DNA of 58,285 nucleotides from Myxococcota bacterium (GTDB taxonomy: Bacteria > Myxococcota_A > UBA796 > GCA-2862545): NCBI GenBank assembly GCA_039208735.1, contig JBCCQY010000049.1:1-58285 (forward strand), read 5' to 3'. Position 1 is the first letter of the stretch, and the number at the start of each line of letters is the position of its first letter. This document shows, in pieces, positions 28,413 to 39,021 of this stretch. Below the pieces are notes generated by a model. The model was not told where the DNA came from. It saw only the letters and a program-made list of their open reading frames with translations, and did not search any database. The position numbers were made by a program, and so were the translations under genes.

Positions 28413-30028
28413 GGTTCACCTCCACGGGTGAGGAAGGCATCGCTCGTGACGAAATCCACGAGCAAATCAGGGAAGACGCCGCCATTGGCGACGAACCGTT
28501 CCTGCAGGGCCTGCAGCGCGGCCCGGTCGGCGTCGGTCTCGGAGCGGTGCATGCCGTAGCGGAAGATCTGCGTCACCGCGCAGTCGTAGACCTGACGGCT
28601 CGTGGCCAGCGACTCGATCATCTCAATGGCGTCGTTGACGGGGCCATCGACGTCGGTACCTACAATTTCACCAGTGGAGTCGACGGGCGCACCATTGTCG
28701 GTCGTGCGGTAGACGCCCATCGCGTCGTACGACTCGAATGGGAACCCCATGCCGTCGATCGGAATGTGGCAGCCGGAGCAAGCGGGGTTCTCGGTATGCT
28801 CGGCATAGCGCTCCCGATTCGTCGTCCAGGTCGCCGTCGACGCTTCGTCCTCGAGCGGAGGCACATCATCGGGAGGCGGAATCGGATCGATGCACAGCAA
28901 CCGCTCCCGCAGGAACACGGACCGCAACACCGGGGATGGCTGCAGGGCGTGGCTATGCCCAGCGAGGAACGCACCCGTGGTCAGAAACCCAGCGCGCTCG
29001 TCTGGATTCAGCGTCGCGGGGTACACATCGAAGTCGTAGACGTCGATTCCGCCTACCGGACGGTTGACCCGAAACCCCTGGGAGGGGTCGACCTCGACGC
29101 CATACAGCCGGGCCGTGGCCTGGGTCACAAAGGTCTCCCGCGAGGTAAGCAACGCATCGAGCGTGCCCTGGCGCCACACCGCCTGCTGCAAGAAGCGATC
29201 GAACTCCTCTTCGAACGACAACCGCAACTGGGTTGTGATGCCGCCGATCTCTTCTTCATCTTCAAGGTCGCCGAGGAGTTCGGGGGCGGGGTCGAACTGC
29301 TGAATGTGCTCGTAGCCGAGCCATTGGCGCAGGAAGCGCAACATGGCATCGCGGGAACGTGGGTCCTTCAGCAACCGACGGGCCTGTTCCTGCACCACCG
29401 ACCGCTTCTGCAGCTGTCCGCGGTTCGCAAGCTCGAACAGCTCGGCATCGGGCATGGAATCCCACAGCGCGTACGACAACTTGCTTGCGATGGTGAAGTC
29501 GTCGAGCTGCCCGTTCGAGCCGTCCTTCTCCATGAGGTAAAGAAAATCGGGGCTCTGCAAGACCACCTGGATCGCGAGCTGCAGGGCCACGGTGGAGCCC
29601 TGAGACTGGGCCCAGCCATCGTACAGGCCATGTAGCCACGCCACTTCGTCGGCCGTCGCGGGACGGCGCCACGCGCGCTGCAGGGTCTGGGTCAGCGTGT
29701 CGTGCGCACAGGGGGGCGACAGATCGCCGTTGGCGTCGGGGGGACACGCCATCCAGCGTGGGTTCTGGACGGCGGTGCGACTGACCTCGACGAAGTCACG
29801 CTGCATCGACTCCACAAGAAAGGGGGTTGCATCCCGGGTCAACGCATTGTTGTCGAACCCGTCGACCGCCACATCCCGAGGGAGGGTCAAGGCCGGAAGA
29901 TTGGGTTCGAGAAACAGATCGCGCAACGATTGCTCGATCTGAGGTTCCGTGAGCCGGTGAAGCACGGGGGCTCCCCCAGCCGGCACGGGCGGCCCGTTCG
30001 AGCAGGCCAGCGCGGCAAGCAGAATCAT
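28409..30028 (-). CDS. DUF1592/DUF1588 (PSD/PSCyt3) lipoprotein with one heme-binding motif
   Basis: Signal LAALAC; LHRLT, LQSPDFLY, LSYALWDSMPDAEL, SPVLR, CSGCH, FESYDAMG. Confidence 0.9.
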   Translation of the reverse strand: MILLAALACSNGPPVPAGGAPVLHRLTEPQIEQSLRDLFLEPNLPALTLPRDVAVDGFDNNALTRDATPFLVESMQRDFVEVSRTAVQNPRWMACPPDANGDLSPPCAHDTLTQTLQRAWRRPATADEVAWLHGLYDGWAQSQGSTVALQLAIQVVLQSPDFLYLMEKDGSNGQLDDFTIASKLSYALWDSMPDAELFELANRGQLQKRSVVQEQARRLLKDPRSRDAMLRFLRQWLGYEHIQQFDPAPELLGDLEDEEEIGGITTQLRLSFEEEFDRFLQQAVWRQGTLDALLTSRETFVTQATARLYGVEVDPSQGFRVNRPVGGIDVYDFDVYPATLNPDERAGFLTTGAFLAGHSHALQPSPVLRSVFLRERLLCIDPIPPPDDVPPLEDEASTATWTTNRERYAEHTENPACSGCHIPIDGMGFPFESYDAMGVYRTTDNGAPVDSTGEIVGTDVDGPVNDAIEMIESLATSRQVYDCAVTQIFRYGMHRSETDADRAALQALQERFVANGGVFPDLLVDFVTSDAFLTRGGEP

Positions 30029-30095
30029 GAACACTCCATCCGAGTCCGTCCGCTGCAGCAACGCGGACGACAACCCGAATGGGGCACAAATTCGC

Positions 30096-31121
30096 CTAGA
30101 AGAACTCCGAGCCCGCCGTGGTGGGCTCTCCGGCGGTGGTGAAGCTCGTCGTCATCGTGAGCCGGTCGCGACTCACCCACGACACATCCACCTCGACTTC
30201 GTAGGTGGTGCCGGGCTGAAGTGGCTCCACGGGGATGAGGGCAAGCGTGGAAGTGTTCACGCCCCCAAAGTACGACCCGGGGAACAACGCGACGTGTAGC
30301 ACGTCGCCATCGGGACCGGTGAACCGACTCGACCGCATCTGCACATCGAGAGGGTTGCTGGCGAAGTTGAAGCTCGTCTCATCGGAGCCAAAGGTGAAGC
30401 TGACGGGGTAGCCCACCACGCGGGCTAGCTCGTCGAAGGGTTGGGGCGACGCCTGCTTCGCAGGCCACCGATTGAACCACGACGTGGGCACGTCGACCTC
30501 GCCGTCCACCGGCCAAACCACGGGTTGAAACGCGTTCTGACCACTCGGCAAGAAGAGCGCGGCCTCGAGGTAGCCAAACGGGTAGCCAGCGGCCCCTTCG
30601 ACTTCGCTGTCGAGTTCCCCTCGCGCAAAGCTTCCCGCGCGCCACCCCGGGGCGAGCATCGGATCGCGGAACAGCGGATCGTGAATCTCGCGGTCGACGA
30701 ACTGGGCCGGCGGCGCATCCTCGGCCATGCCCGCAAACACCGACCAGGTCTGCACGCTCGACGTCTCCGTGTCGAATCCGGCAAGGTCGAATCGTTCCAG
30801 CGGGTAGGGGCCCGTGTAGCCCGGGCGACTGCGCTCCTCGAACTGCAGGTCGATGGGCTTGGTGAACAGTTCCTCGGCCGAGATGTTCAGCTGGAGGTAG
30901 TTCACATGGTTGACGACGGCCTCAGAAATCGCGGGAGAGAGGCGTGCTTCTGACAGGCCTGCGTAACGGCGGTAGCAGGTCAACCGCTGAAACACCGCCA
31001 CTGCACCAGCCGGAGCATCCCGGGCTCCCGGGACGTCGTCCTTACAAGCGTCTTCCAGGTTCTCGAAATTGGAGCACGCGCCCACGATCAACAGGGGCCA
31101 TGCGAGGGTCCAACGGATCAT
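30096..31121 (-). CDS. CAP-domain-like lipoprotein
   Basis: Signal ending VGAC; YRRYAGL, HVNYL, PGYTG; C-terminal PLQPGTTYEV Ig-like segment. Confidence 0.65.
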   Translation of the reverse strand: MIRWTLAWPLLIVGACSNFENLEDACKDDVPGARDAPAGAVAVFQRLTCYRRYAGLSEARLSPAISEAVVNHVNYLQLNISAEELFTKPIDLQFEERSRPGYTGPYPLERFDLAGFDTETSSVQTWSVFAGMAEDAPPAQFVDREIHDPLFRDPMLAPGWRAGSFARGELDSEVEGAAGYPFGYLEAALFLPSGQNAFQPVVWPVDGEVDVPTSWFNRWPAKQASPQPFDELARVVGYPVSFTFGSDETSFNFASNPLDVQMRSSRFTGPDGDVLHVALFPGSYFGGVNTSTLALIPVEPLQPGTTYEVEVDVSWVSRDRLTMTTSFTTAGEPTTAGSEFF

Positions 31122-31159
31122 CGTGTCCTCCCGGCGCGCGATACGCCATGCCGCTGTCC

Positions 31160-31954
31160 TCATTGCACGATGGCTCTCATTTCGCGATCCGGGATCCGTC
31201 CCCAAACGACCTCAGGGGCGAAATCGACCCTTGCGTGGCCATCGGGGAACCTGGCTTCAAGAATCGCCGAGGCTTCTCGATCGAAGGCCTCTTTGGCGGC
31301 TAACCCCATGCGACCCGGACCGAACCCATTGCGCGAATGCAGGCTCAACAACCACGTGGCGATCGGCACGTGAAGCACGGTCGGGGCGGCCTGCCAGCGT
31401 CCTGCAGGCTCGAACCATCCCCGCGTGACGAGCAGTTCGACGGCATCGTAGGGTTCAAAGTCTTGGTTCGTCGACCACTGCGCGATGAGACGGTGCAGTA
31501 ACGCGGCACCCCGGAGCCGATCCCGCCGCGAAACCACGGCAAACCAGGCGTAGGGGGCCAACGCATCGCGAATTCTTGGCATGGCGCGGTCCCAGTCGAA
31601 CCAATGCACGCTCTCGCCCGCCACCGCCAACGCGTAGCTCGGGTCGAGCGGCGCGGTTTCGATGCGGGCGGGGGTGAATCGCACAGCGTCGCCTCCCGGC
31701 CGACGTTGCGCGACCGCGATCATGGCCGGTGAGCGCTCTACGGCATGCACCTCGAAGCCTCGCGACGCCAAGGGCCGAGCCAAGTCGCCCGTGCCTGAGC
31801 CCACGTCCAGGATCGGGCTCGTCCCACCGACCAAGCTCGCGAGCTGGTCAATGACGGATTCGGAGTACGGCAGCCGGGCGGGGTAGGCTTCGGCCATCGC
31901 AGGGTCCTCCCACTGCGCGGGGTACGGCCCGGCGAGGCCTTTTGGACGTTGCAC
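31160..31954 (-). CDS. Class I SAM-dependent methyltransferase
   Basis: ILDVGSGTG, AVERSPAM, ESVHWFD; GTG 31954 after GGAGG. Confidence 0.9.
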   Translation of the reverse strand: MQRPKGLAGPYPAQWEDPAMAEAYPARLPYSESVIDQLASLVGGTSPILDVGSGTGDLARPLASRGFEVHAVERSPAMIAVAQRRPGGDAVRFTPARIETAPLDPSYALAVAGESVHWFDWDRAMPRIRDALAPYAWFAVVSRRDRLRGAALLHRLIAQWSTNQDFEPYDAVELLVTRGWFEPAGRWQAAPTVLHVPIATWLLSLHSRNGFGPGRMGLAAKEAFDREASAILEARFPDGHARVDFAPEVVWGRIPDREMRAIVQ

Positions 31955-32000
31955 GATGCCTCCTGACGTCCCACAAAGACCAGGACGGATGGAGGATACT

Positions 32001-32903
32001 GTGTCGTTCACCGCCATCGCGGCTCAAATCGCTCCCGACGCACGACTGGTGCGCAGTTGGCCCCTCAAGGGCGGGGTGTCCGCCCATGTGGAGGCGCTCG
32101 AACTCGAACACCCCGATGGGCGCCTCGAGCGTGTGGTGGTGCGTCGTCACGGCGCGGCCGAGTGGAAGCCGCTGCTCGATGACGTGACAACCGCGGAGCA
32201 CGGGGTTCTAAGCGCGCTTCAAACGGAGGGCCTGCCCGTTCCAGGACTCCGCCTCCTCGACGCTTCGAACACCCTTCTGCCGACGCCCTACTTGGTGATG
32301 GACTTTGTGGAAGGGACGATCGAGGTACCCGACGGCCCACCCGACACCGTGATCGAACAAATGGCGTCCTTCCTCCTGCGCTTGCACGGACTCGATGTGG
32401 CAACGCTTGCCTTGCCACGGCTGGAGCATCGTCACGATCCCGTCCCCGAGCTGCTTGAGTGGCTCGGTCCAGATCGCTCTTTGCTACGCGCACAGCTCGA
32501 CGCCCAATGGTCGGGCCCCCGAAGCTATCAGCCGAGTCTGCTGCACGGGGACTACTGGTCGGGCAACGTGCTTTGGAAGGACGAAGTGCTCATCTCGGTG
32601 ATCGATTGGGAAGATGCCGCGGTGGGCGACCCGCTGTCGGACCTGGCGTGCAGCCGCATCGAGTTCCTGTGGAAGCACGGGCGCGACGCCATGGAACGGT
32701 TCACGTTGGCGTACGGCGGCACTCCAGACGCCCTCGCCCTCGGCCTGTGGGATCTCTACGTCGGAACCTCGGCGGCCATCACGATGGGCGAATGGGGTCT
32801 CGAGCCCGACGTCGAGGCCACGATGCGCGCTCGCACCGTCACCTTCCTCAACGAGGCGGAGGCTCGTGTCCTCGACGCGTTCCAAAAAAGAACTGTGACG
32901 TAA
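32001..32903 (+). CDS. Aminoglycoside-phosphotransferase-like (APH) kinase
   Basis: LKGGVS, LLHGDYWSGN, VIDWED, GDPLSDLA; GTG 32001 after GGAGG. Confidence 0.9.
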   Translation: MSFTAIAAQIAPDARLVRSWPLKGGVSAHVEALELEHPDGRLERVVVRRHGAAEWKPLLDDVTTAEHGVLSALQTEGLPVPGLRLLDASNTLLPTPYLVMDFVEGTIEVPDGPPDTVIEQMASFLLRLHGLDVATLALPRLEHRHDPVPELLEWLGPDRSLLRAQLDAQWSGPRSYQPSLLHGDYWSGNVLWKDEVLISVIDWEDAAVGDPLSDLACSRIEFLWKHGRDAMERFTLAYGGTPDALALGLWDLYVGTSAAITMGEWGLEPDVEATMRARTVTFLNEAEARVLDAFQKRTVT

Positions 32904-34188
32904 AGCCAATCCGCCACAGGTTCAGGTCGTAAAAGGATGTGATGCGGTCGTTGGGCCCCCTTACGATGCGCGCCGGGCTGACGTAGTAGGCCGCCGTCCC
33001 CGACAGACGGACCGTGCGACTCGTTCGAACCGCCGCCCCGGCGCGCAGCTCGAGGCTCGCGAAATCGATGTTGAATGCATCGAGCACCGCGGGTGAAACC
33101 GCACTGTTCGTGAGCAAGACCCCCCCACGGACATCGACTCGCTCGCTCGCCTTCCACTCCGCCTGCAAGGCAGGTTGGAACACATTCCGCCATTGCAGAT
33201 CGAAGGATTGTGGGCCTTCGGCCACGGCAAGAAAATCCGCCTCCGCGAGCCCCACCGAGGCGAGAACCTCGTTGAACACGGGGTCAGACGACACGATCCG
33301 CAGGTTCGACAGCTCGATGCCCAGACGCGACGCCGCCCGCCACCCCACAAACTCCAGTTCGGGAAGCAACGTCACCCGGCCCACGGGGATGGTTGCCGCC
33401 AGCGTCGCCCGCAATGGCAACGGCACCCGCACCACCACGTCACCATCGAGCAGAGCTGCGAGATCGTTCGAAGGTCGCAGCGCCACCGTGCTGCGATTGC
33501 GCACGACCCAGGGCGGGCGAAACACCCCATGAACCGCCACACCACTACGCGTTTCGACCGTCGCGGCCACGACCGGACTCGCCGTGAACCGATTGCGCGT
33601 CGGCACGAGCTGGTCGCCCAGCAGAAACGGGTCTTCTTCGGGCAGCTGAAGGCCCTCATCGAGGTTGACGCTCGCGTTGACGAGCGCCCCCGTGTCGAGA
33701 GGAATCGTGGCCCCCACCCGGGACCACCCGAGCCGAAGTCCTCCGGCAACCGTCAGCCAGTCATTCGCTCGGAACGAGACGAGCAACGCAGACTCGATGA
33801 ACGAGAAGCCCGTGGTGAAGTCCGACCGGACGTACGGCGCGTTGAGGTAGGTGCCAAAGCCAAAGCGCTTGCCAATCGGAATCGCCGCCGTGAACGTCGG
33901 ATGGGGGACCGGCAAGCGCACCAGAAGGGGCTCTTCGTTCGTGTCGGGCCAGTAGCCGACCTGAACGCCCAACACGCCAAGGTCGATGAGCAGCTCGGGG
34001 GCCTCGCCGGTTCCTGCGGCCGTTGGGTTGTAGAGCACCCCGCGAGCGCCTGGATCGCCGGGCCCCACCCAACCCCCACCCCAAGACGGCGCTGACAGCC
34101 CATCCAGGCCCGCTGCGTGCGCCGATTCGCCTCCGAGGACGAGCGCGGCAAGGGCAATCCAACGTGCGGCTACTTCGAGCTTTGGCAA
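32848..34188 (-). CDS. FadL/OmpP1-like outer-membrane transporter
   Basis: Signal ending AHA; YNPTA (NPA-like) hatch motif; amphipathic beta strands; TTG 34188 after GGAG (start uncertain). Confidence 0.65.
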   Translation of the reverse strand: MPKLEVAARWIALAALVLGGESAHAAGLDGLSAPSWGGGWVGPGDPGARGVLYNPTAAGTGEAPELLIDLGVLGVQVGYWPDTNEEPLLVRLPVPHPTFTAAIPIGKRFGFGTYLNAPYVRSDFTTGFSFIESALLVSFRANDWLTVAGGLRLGWSRVGATIPLDTGALVNASVNLDEGLQLPEEDPFLLGDQLVPTRNRFTASPVVAATVETRSGVAVHGVFRPPWVVRNRSTVALRPSNDLAALLDGDVVVRVPLPLRATLAATIPVGRVTLLPELEFVGWRAASRLGIELSNLRIVSSDPVFNEVLASVGLAEADFLAVAEGPQSFDLQWRNVFQPALQAEWKASERVDVRGGVLLTNSAVSPAVLDAFNIDFASLELRAGAAVRTSRTVRLSGTAAYYVSPARIVRGPNDRITSFYDLNLWRIGFTSQFFFGTRRGHEPPPR

Positions 34189-34244
34189 CTCGTCTCCGGC
34201 CTCGGGCGAGCTCCCCACATAGCCGCTCAAGGCCTCGCTTCGCC

Positions 34245-34700
34245 CTAGCGTTCGAGAAATGCCTCGAAAAACGCAAGGTCAACGTGACCAATGACCCGGC
34301 CGTCCGCATCGAGTAAATCGAGGAATACGTCGTCCGCTGCGCCGGTAAAGCTCTGAAAGACCACCGTTCCTTCTTCAAAAGCGAAGGGGGTGTGCGTCGT
34401 GCCCGCCGGCTCGTGCATGAACGTGCCGACGAAATGGGCTTCGTCGCCCTCGCGGTAGCCCCACCGACCCTCGACGGTCAGCGTGACCGAAGTGCAGCGA
34501 TGGATGTGGCGCGGAAACTCGGCGTGCGGTTCCTGCTTAAAGAGAAAGTCAACCCGTCGCTTGTCGCGATCGAGGAACAGCACCTTGATGAAATTGCCGG
34601 GTGCCGAAGGAATCGGTTTCCAAGCCATTAGTGCGGCGTTGACGTTTTCGATCCCAAATTCGCGGATGCGTGGCGAACTCTCCAGGGGGTTGATGGACAT
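34245..34700 (-). CDS. Cupin (ChrR / 2,4'-dihydroxyacetophenone dioxygenase-like)
   Basis: [21 protein letters not shown] metal-binding motifs. Confidence 0.82.
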   Translation of the reverse strand: MSINPLESSPRIREFGIENVNAALMAWKPIPSAPGNFIKVLFLDRDKRRVDFLFKQEPHAEFPRHIHRCTSVTLTVEGRWGYREGDEAHFVGTFMHEPAGTTHTPFAFEEGTVVFQSFTGAADDVFLDLLDADGRVIGHVDLAFFEAFLER

Positions 34701-34799
34701 AAGCGCTCCCCGTTTCGGAACAGACACACTATCCTGACGGAATCGTGGAGGTCAAGAAATCGGGTAGACTCGTGGACCTGCCAAGACCACGGAGGACCC

Positions 34800-36005
34800 A
34801 TGCAGCCATCGGCCCGCTCGCTCGAGCTTCAGGAGCAGCTGAAAGCGTTCACGCGCGAGCACATCTTGCCCAACGAAGCCGCCGTCTATGCGGAGATCGG
34901 ACAGGGCGACCGTTGGCAACCGGTCTCGATCATCGAGCAACTCAAAGAAAGGGCCAAATCGGCAGGTTTGTGGAACCTGTGGCTTCCCGACGCCAAACTC
35001 GGCGCAGGGCTGTCGAACGTCGACTACGCCCCGCTTGCGGAGATCATGGGCCGGACGCCTTGGGCCCCCGAGGTGTTCAATTGCAACGCACCCGACACGG
35101 GAAACATGGAGGTGCTTTGGCGATACGGCAGCGAGGATCAGAAGAAGCAGTGGCTAGAGCCCCTTCTCGCCGGCACGATTCGCAGCGCCTTCGCCATGAC
35201 CGAACCCGACGTTGCAAGCTCCGATGCCACCAATATTCGAACGCGCATTACCCCAGACGGTGATGATTACGTCATCAACGGTCACAAATGGTGGACCTCG
35301 GGGGCCGGAGATCCCCGTGCCGCGGTGTTCATCCTCATGGGGAAAACGGATCCCGAAGCGCCCCGGCATCAACAACAATCCATGATCCTGGTGCCCCGCG
35401 ACACGCCCGGCATCAACATCAAGCGGATGTTGACGGTCTACGGGTACGACGATGCGCCCCACGGACACGCAGAAATCGTATTTGAAGATGTCCGAGTGCC
35501 AAAAACGAACCTGCTCCTTGGGGAAGGACGGGGCTTCGAAATTGCGCAGGGTCGCCTCGGTCCGGGACGCATTCACCACTGCATGCGAGCCCTCGGCTGT
35601 GCAGAGCGGGCCCTCGAACTCATGTGCGCTCGGGCCAAATCGCGGGTGGCTTTCGGAAAACCCATCGCCGAGCAGGGGGCCCTACGCGAGGCCATCGCCC
35701 GCAGCCGCATCGAGATCGACCAAGCCCGCTGGCTCACCATGCGCGCCGCGTACCTCATGGACACCGTCGGGAACAAAGCCGCACGAACCGAGATCGCAAT
35801 GATCAAGGTCGTGGCTCCCAACGTCGCCTGTGACGTCCTCGACCGTGCGGTGCAGGCCTTTGGCGCAATGGGGGTCTGTCAAGACACCCCGCTGGCCTAC
35901 CTTTGGGCCGGAAACCGGACCTTGCGCATCGCCGACGGCCCAGATGCCGTCCACCTCGAGACCGTGGCCAAGCTCGAGCTGCGCAGGACTCCGGAGTTGT
36001 CATGA
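34800..36005 (+). CDS. Acyl-CoA dehydrogenase (ACAD10/11-type)
   Basis: [51 protein letters not shown]. Confidence 0.95.
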   Translation: MQPSARSLELQEQLKAFTREHILPNEAAVYAEIGQGDRWQPVSIIEQLKERAKSAGLWNLWLPDAKLGAGLSNVDYAPLAEIMGRTPWAPEVFNCNAPDTGNMEVLWRYGSEDQKKQWLEPLLAGTIRSAFAMTEPDVASSDATNIRTRITPDGDDYVINGHKWWTSGAGDPRAAVFILMGKTDPEAPRHQQQSMILVPRDTPGINIKRMLTVYGYDDAPHGHAEIVFEDVRVPKTNLLLGEGRGFEIAQGRLGPGRIHHCMRALGCAERALELMCARAKSRVAFGKPIAEQGALREAIARSRIEIDQARWLTMRAAYLMDTVGNKAARTEIAMIKVVAPNVACDVLDRAVQAFGAMGVCQDTPLAYLWAGNRTLRIADGPDAVHLETVAKLELRRTPELS

Positions 36006-37063
36006 GCGAGACCTCCAAGGTCGGGCCGGTCCGGGAGGAGCACCGTTTCAACGAAGCGGCCCTCGATGCGTGGCTGCGCGAGAACGTGCGTGGTGGCCGC
36101 CCAGAATCCGTGGCCATCGAGCAGTTCGATGCGGGTCAATCGAATCCGACGTTTCGCCTGACCTATCCTGATGAGCGTTGGGTGTTGCGCAAGAAGCCAC
36201 CCGGTGAGCTGCTCCCGAAGGCCCACCAGGTGCTGCGCGAGGCGCGCGTGATGCAGGCCCTGGCCAGCACGGATGTGCCGGTGCCGGAGATTGGAGGGTT
36301 CACCGATGACGCGTCCATCATCGGCACCGACTTCTTCGTGATGCGTCACGTGGACGGGCGAATCCTCAAGGACGGGCGGTTGCCCGACCAAACGCCCGCC
36401 GAACGAACCGCCATGGGCCACGAAATGGCCAGCGTCCTTGCCCGCATCCACGGCGTGAACCTGGAGGCGGCGGGCCTTTCCGATTTCGGTCGGCAAGGCG
36501 GCTACATCGAGCGCCAGATCGCCACCTGGTCGAAGCAGTACGAACGCGCCGCTACCGACCCCATCCCCGAGATGGACCAGCTCATGGCGTGGTTGCCGAA
36601 GAACATCCCCGGGGGCAGCCAGACCACGCTGGTGCACGGCGATTATCGCGTCGACAACCTGATGTGGGCCCCCGAAGCGACCCAAGTGGTGGCCGTGCTC
36701 GACTGGGAGCTGTCGACGCTCGGTGATCCGCTGGCGGACCTCGCTTACGCCTGCCTGCCGTACCTCATCCCCACGCCTTACCACCCACCGCTTTCCACGG
36801 TGGCGGGCGGCGAATCAGGGCTACTGACGATGTCGGCATTCGTGGAATCCTACGTCGAAGCGTCGGGCAATCGGGCCGATAACCTCGACTACTACATCGC
36901 CTTCTCGATGTTCCGGCTCGTGAGCATCCTCCAGGGCGTGTACGCCCGGGGGCTCCAAGGCAACGCGTCGTCCACGTCGGCGCTGCAAATGGGGGCACTG
37001 GCTCGAATGTTGGCGGAGCACGCCTGGAAGGGCGTTGAAAAAGGTAGCTTCTCCGAGGACTGA
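36002..37063 (+). CDS. Phosphotransferase (like the ACAD10/11 N-terminal kinase domain)
   Basis: [40 protein letters not shown] overlap with the ACAD gene. Confidence 0.93.
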   Translation: MSETSKVGPVREEHRFNEAALDAWLRENVRGGRPESVAIEQFDAGQSNPTFRLTYPDERWVLRKKPPGELLPKAHQVLREARVMQALASTDVPVPEIGGFTDDASIIGTDFFVMRHVDGRILKDGRLPDQTPAERTAMGHEMASVLARIHGVNLEAAGLSDFGRQGGYIERQIATWSKQYERAATDPIPEMDQLMAWLPKNIPGGSQTTLVHGDYRVDNLMWAPEATQVVAVLDWELSTLGDPLADLAYACLPYLIPTPYHPPLSTVAGGESGLLTMSAFVESYVEASGNRADNLDYYIAFSMFRLVSILQGVYARGLQGNASSTSALQMGALARMLAEHAWKGVEKGSFSED

Positions 37064-37127
37064 CCCGCTGCGGTGACGCGCGCTGGTTCACGTGGTGTCT
37101 TCATGGGCGACTGTCTTGGAGACGCCC

Positions 37128-37883
37128 GTGAAGACCCTTGCTGTGTTCGTTGCCGCTTTGATGACCACCGGATGCATCATCAGCATCGACCCCGATGGCA
37201 TCAACAACAACGACTTCGACGCGTTCGACTCCCAGTTCGATGCCCTGCCCGGCGATCTGACCGATCTCACCGTGATCGTTCCCGCGGGCGACTTCAACAT
37301 CTCGACCGGGGACGACCTCGGTATCGATGCTGAACTCTCGTGGGTCTCGGATAGCGGCCGCCCGCAACTCGACGTCACGGCGGCAGGTGGCTCCGTCACC
37401 CACCGTTGGTCGTGCCCCGGACGAGATGGGTGCCAGGTTGACCTCGTGGTGACGGTGCCCGAAGGCATGGAGAACATCACCATCGACCTCGAAGCCGGTG
37501 ACTTCAACGCTGCAGATCTGTCGGGCCGCCTCGTGCTGGATCTCGAAGCCGGTGACATCGAGATCGACGGACACAACGGAGAGCTGGCCGTCGAGACCGA
37601 AGCGGGCAACATCGATGCGACCGATCTGGAGTCCGACGATGTGGATGCGCGCTCTGAGGCGGGCAACGTCGACCTCGAACTGCTGGTTCGTCCCACCGCG
37701 ATCAATGCCACGACCAGCGCCGGCAACATCGACGTGTCCGTCCCTGCGGGTGCGTACGCCCTCGATCTGAACAGCAACATTGGCAACGTCGACATCGACA
37801 ACGGCATCGACGACGATCCCAATGCGGACGCTTCGATCCGTGCGCGGACCGAAGCCGGCCAGATTCGCATCGACGCCAACTGA
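37128..37883 (+). CDS. DUF4097-like beta-strand repeat lipoprotein
   Basis: Signal ending TTGC; repeated (E)AG(D/N)(I/V)D units. Confidence 0.8.
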   Translation: MKTLAVFVAALMTTGCIISIDPDGINNNDFDAFDSQFDALPGDLTDLTVIVPAGDFNISTGDDLGIDAELSWVSDSGRPQLDVTAAGGSVTHRWSCPGRDGCQVDLVVTVPEGMENITIDLEAGDFNAADLSGRLVLDLEAGDIEIDGHNGELAVETEAGNIDATDLESDDVDARSEAGNVDLELLVRPTAINATTSAGNIDVSVPAGAYALDLNSNIGNVDIDNGIDDDPNADASIRARTEAGQIRIDAN

Positions 37884-38006
37884 TCGACACTGACGGCGCG
37901 GCGACCAACAATTGGGCGCACGGATCGCCGCGCCATGTGAATCATTGGGCCGCATCCGCCACCAACCTTCAGTGACGTGTCACGACGACAATCGAAGGGG
38001 GTGGAG

Positions 38007-38984
38007 ATGTTCCTTTGGTTAGCCGCGGCCTTCGCGGCCCCACCGAAGCTCAACGACGTCAACCAGCAGATCATCGTGTGGGGCGACCCCTTTCTGCGAT
38101 GGGATCAGCGGTTTTACGTCGAAACCGAGCTGCATCCGGTGGCCCCTTTGCGGATCCCGGCCTTTCGCAACACCGAGCTTCGACTAACCGCCGTGCAGGT
38201 CCGCGCCGTGCTGGCCTGCTCGCGACTCGCCCGTCAAGGCAAGCATCAGCTCGAAGTTCGGTGTCGCATCGAAGACATCGGGCTGCAGGGACGGCCTCAT
38301 CCCAAAGACAAGCTCGAACGCCACGCCCGGGTCCTTCCTGAAGTCGACGCGACGCTCACCGGCATCGAGATCGAACTGCAGGTGACGGACAAAGGGCGGG
38401 TTTTCAGTGTGGGGCTCGACGGATTCGAAACGACGACCCTGCGGACACGACAACGCGAAGAAGTCCTTCGGCAGATCGCCTGGCGCCTCATCGCCCCCTT
38501 CGATCTCAAGCTCCCCGAGCCCATCCGGCCTTGGTCCCAGTGGACGACGAACAAGACCGCGCTGTTTGCCTGGCCAACGAAGGACGCGACCCGTGGCGGA
38601 ATCGAAGTCGTCCACACCATGAGTCCCTACGATGGCCATCTCGTGGTGCAGACCGTCGGGCGGAGCACCATTGAAGATGGGGGGGTCACCATTGAGATGT
38701 TGGGCGGCGACGAGCAAAGTGAATTCCGGGATCTCGGTCAACTCCGCTTCAACCTTCAGCTCGATGGGGTCACGGTCATCGACCCGACCACGGGCATCCT
38801 AAGCGATCGGGTCTACACCGTGCAGGGAGCGGCGACCAGCAGTTCGGGGGCTGCGATCGCGGCTCGGAAGCATAGCCAGACGGGACGGATTCGCATGCTC
38901 GGGGCGGGCGATCGGCCCGACGTGGGCCCCTCGGTGCTCCGAACCGCCGAAAGTTGGCAGCCACTCGGTATCGACGGGCCGTAG
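38007..38984 (+). CDS. Hypothetical secreted protein
   Basis: GGAG RBS; signal MFLWLAAAFA; coding-like codon usage. Confidence 0.7.
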   Translation: MFLWLAAAFAAPPKLNDVNQQIIVWGDPFLRWDQRFYVETELHPVAPLRIPAFRNTELRLTAVQVRAVLACSRLARQGKHQLEVRCRIEDIGLQGRPHPKDKLERHARVLPEVDATLTGIEIELQVTDKGRVFSVGLDGFETTTLRTRQREEVLRQIAWRLIAPFDLKLPEPIRPWSQWTTNKTALFAWPTKDATRGGIEVVHTMSPYDGHLVVQTVGRSTIEDGGVTIEMLGGDEQSEFRDLGQLRFNLQLDGVTVIDPTTGILSDRVYTVQGAATSSSGAAIAARKHSQTGRIRMLGAGDRPDVGPSVLRTAESWQPLGIDGP

Positions 38985-39021
38985 CTGGGTTAGCGGACGC
39001 TCCGTCGGGGGGAGGAGCGAC

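Noticed and set aside
32001..32903. APH-like kinase and the 40105-41268 hydrolase as antibiotic resistance genes
   Set aside because: Only superfamily motifs are visible; no mobile context or specific resistance-family signature
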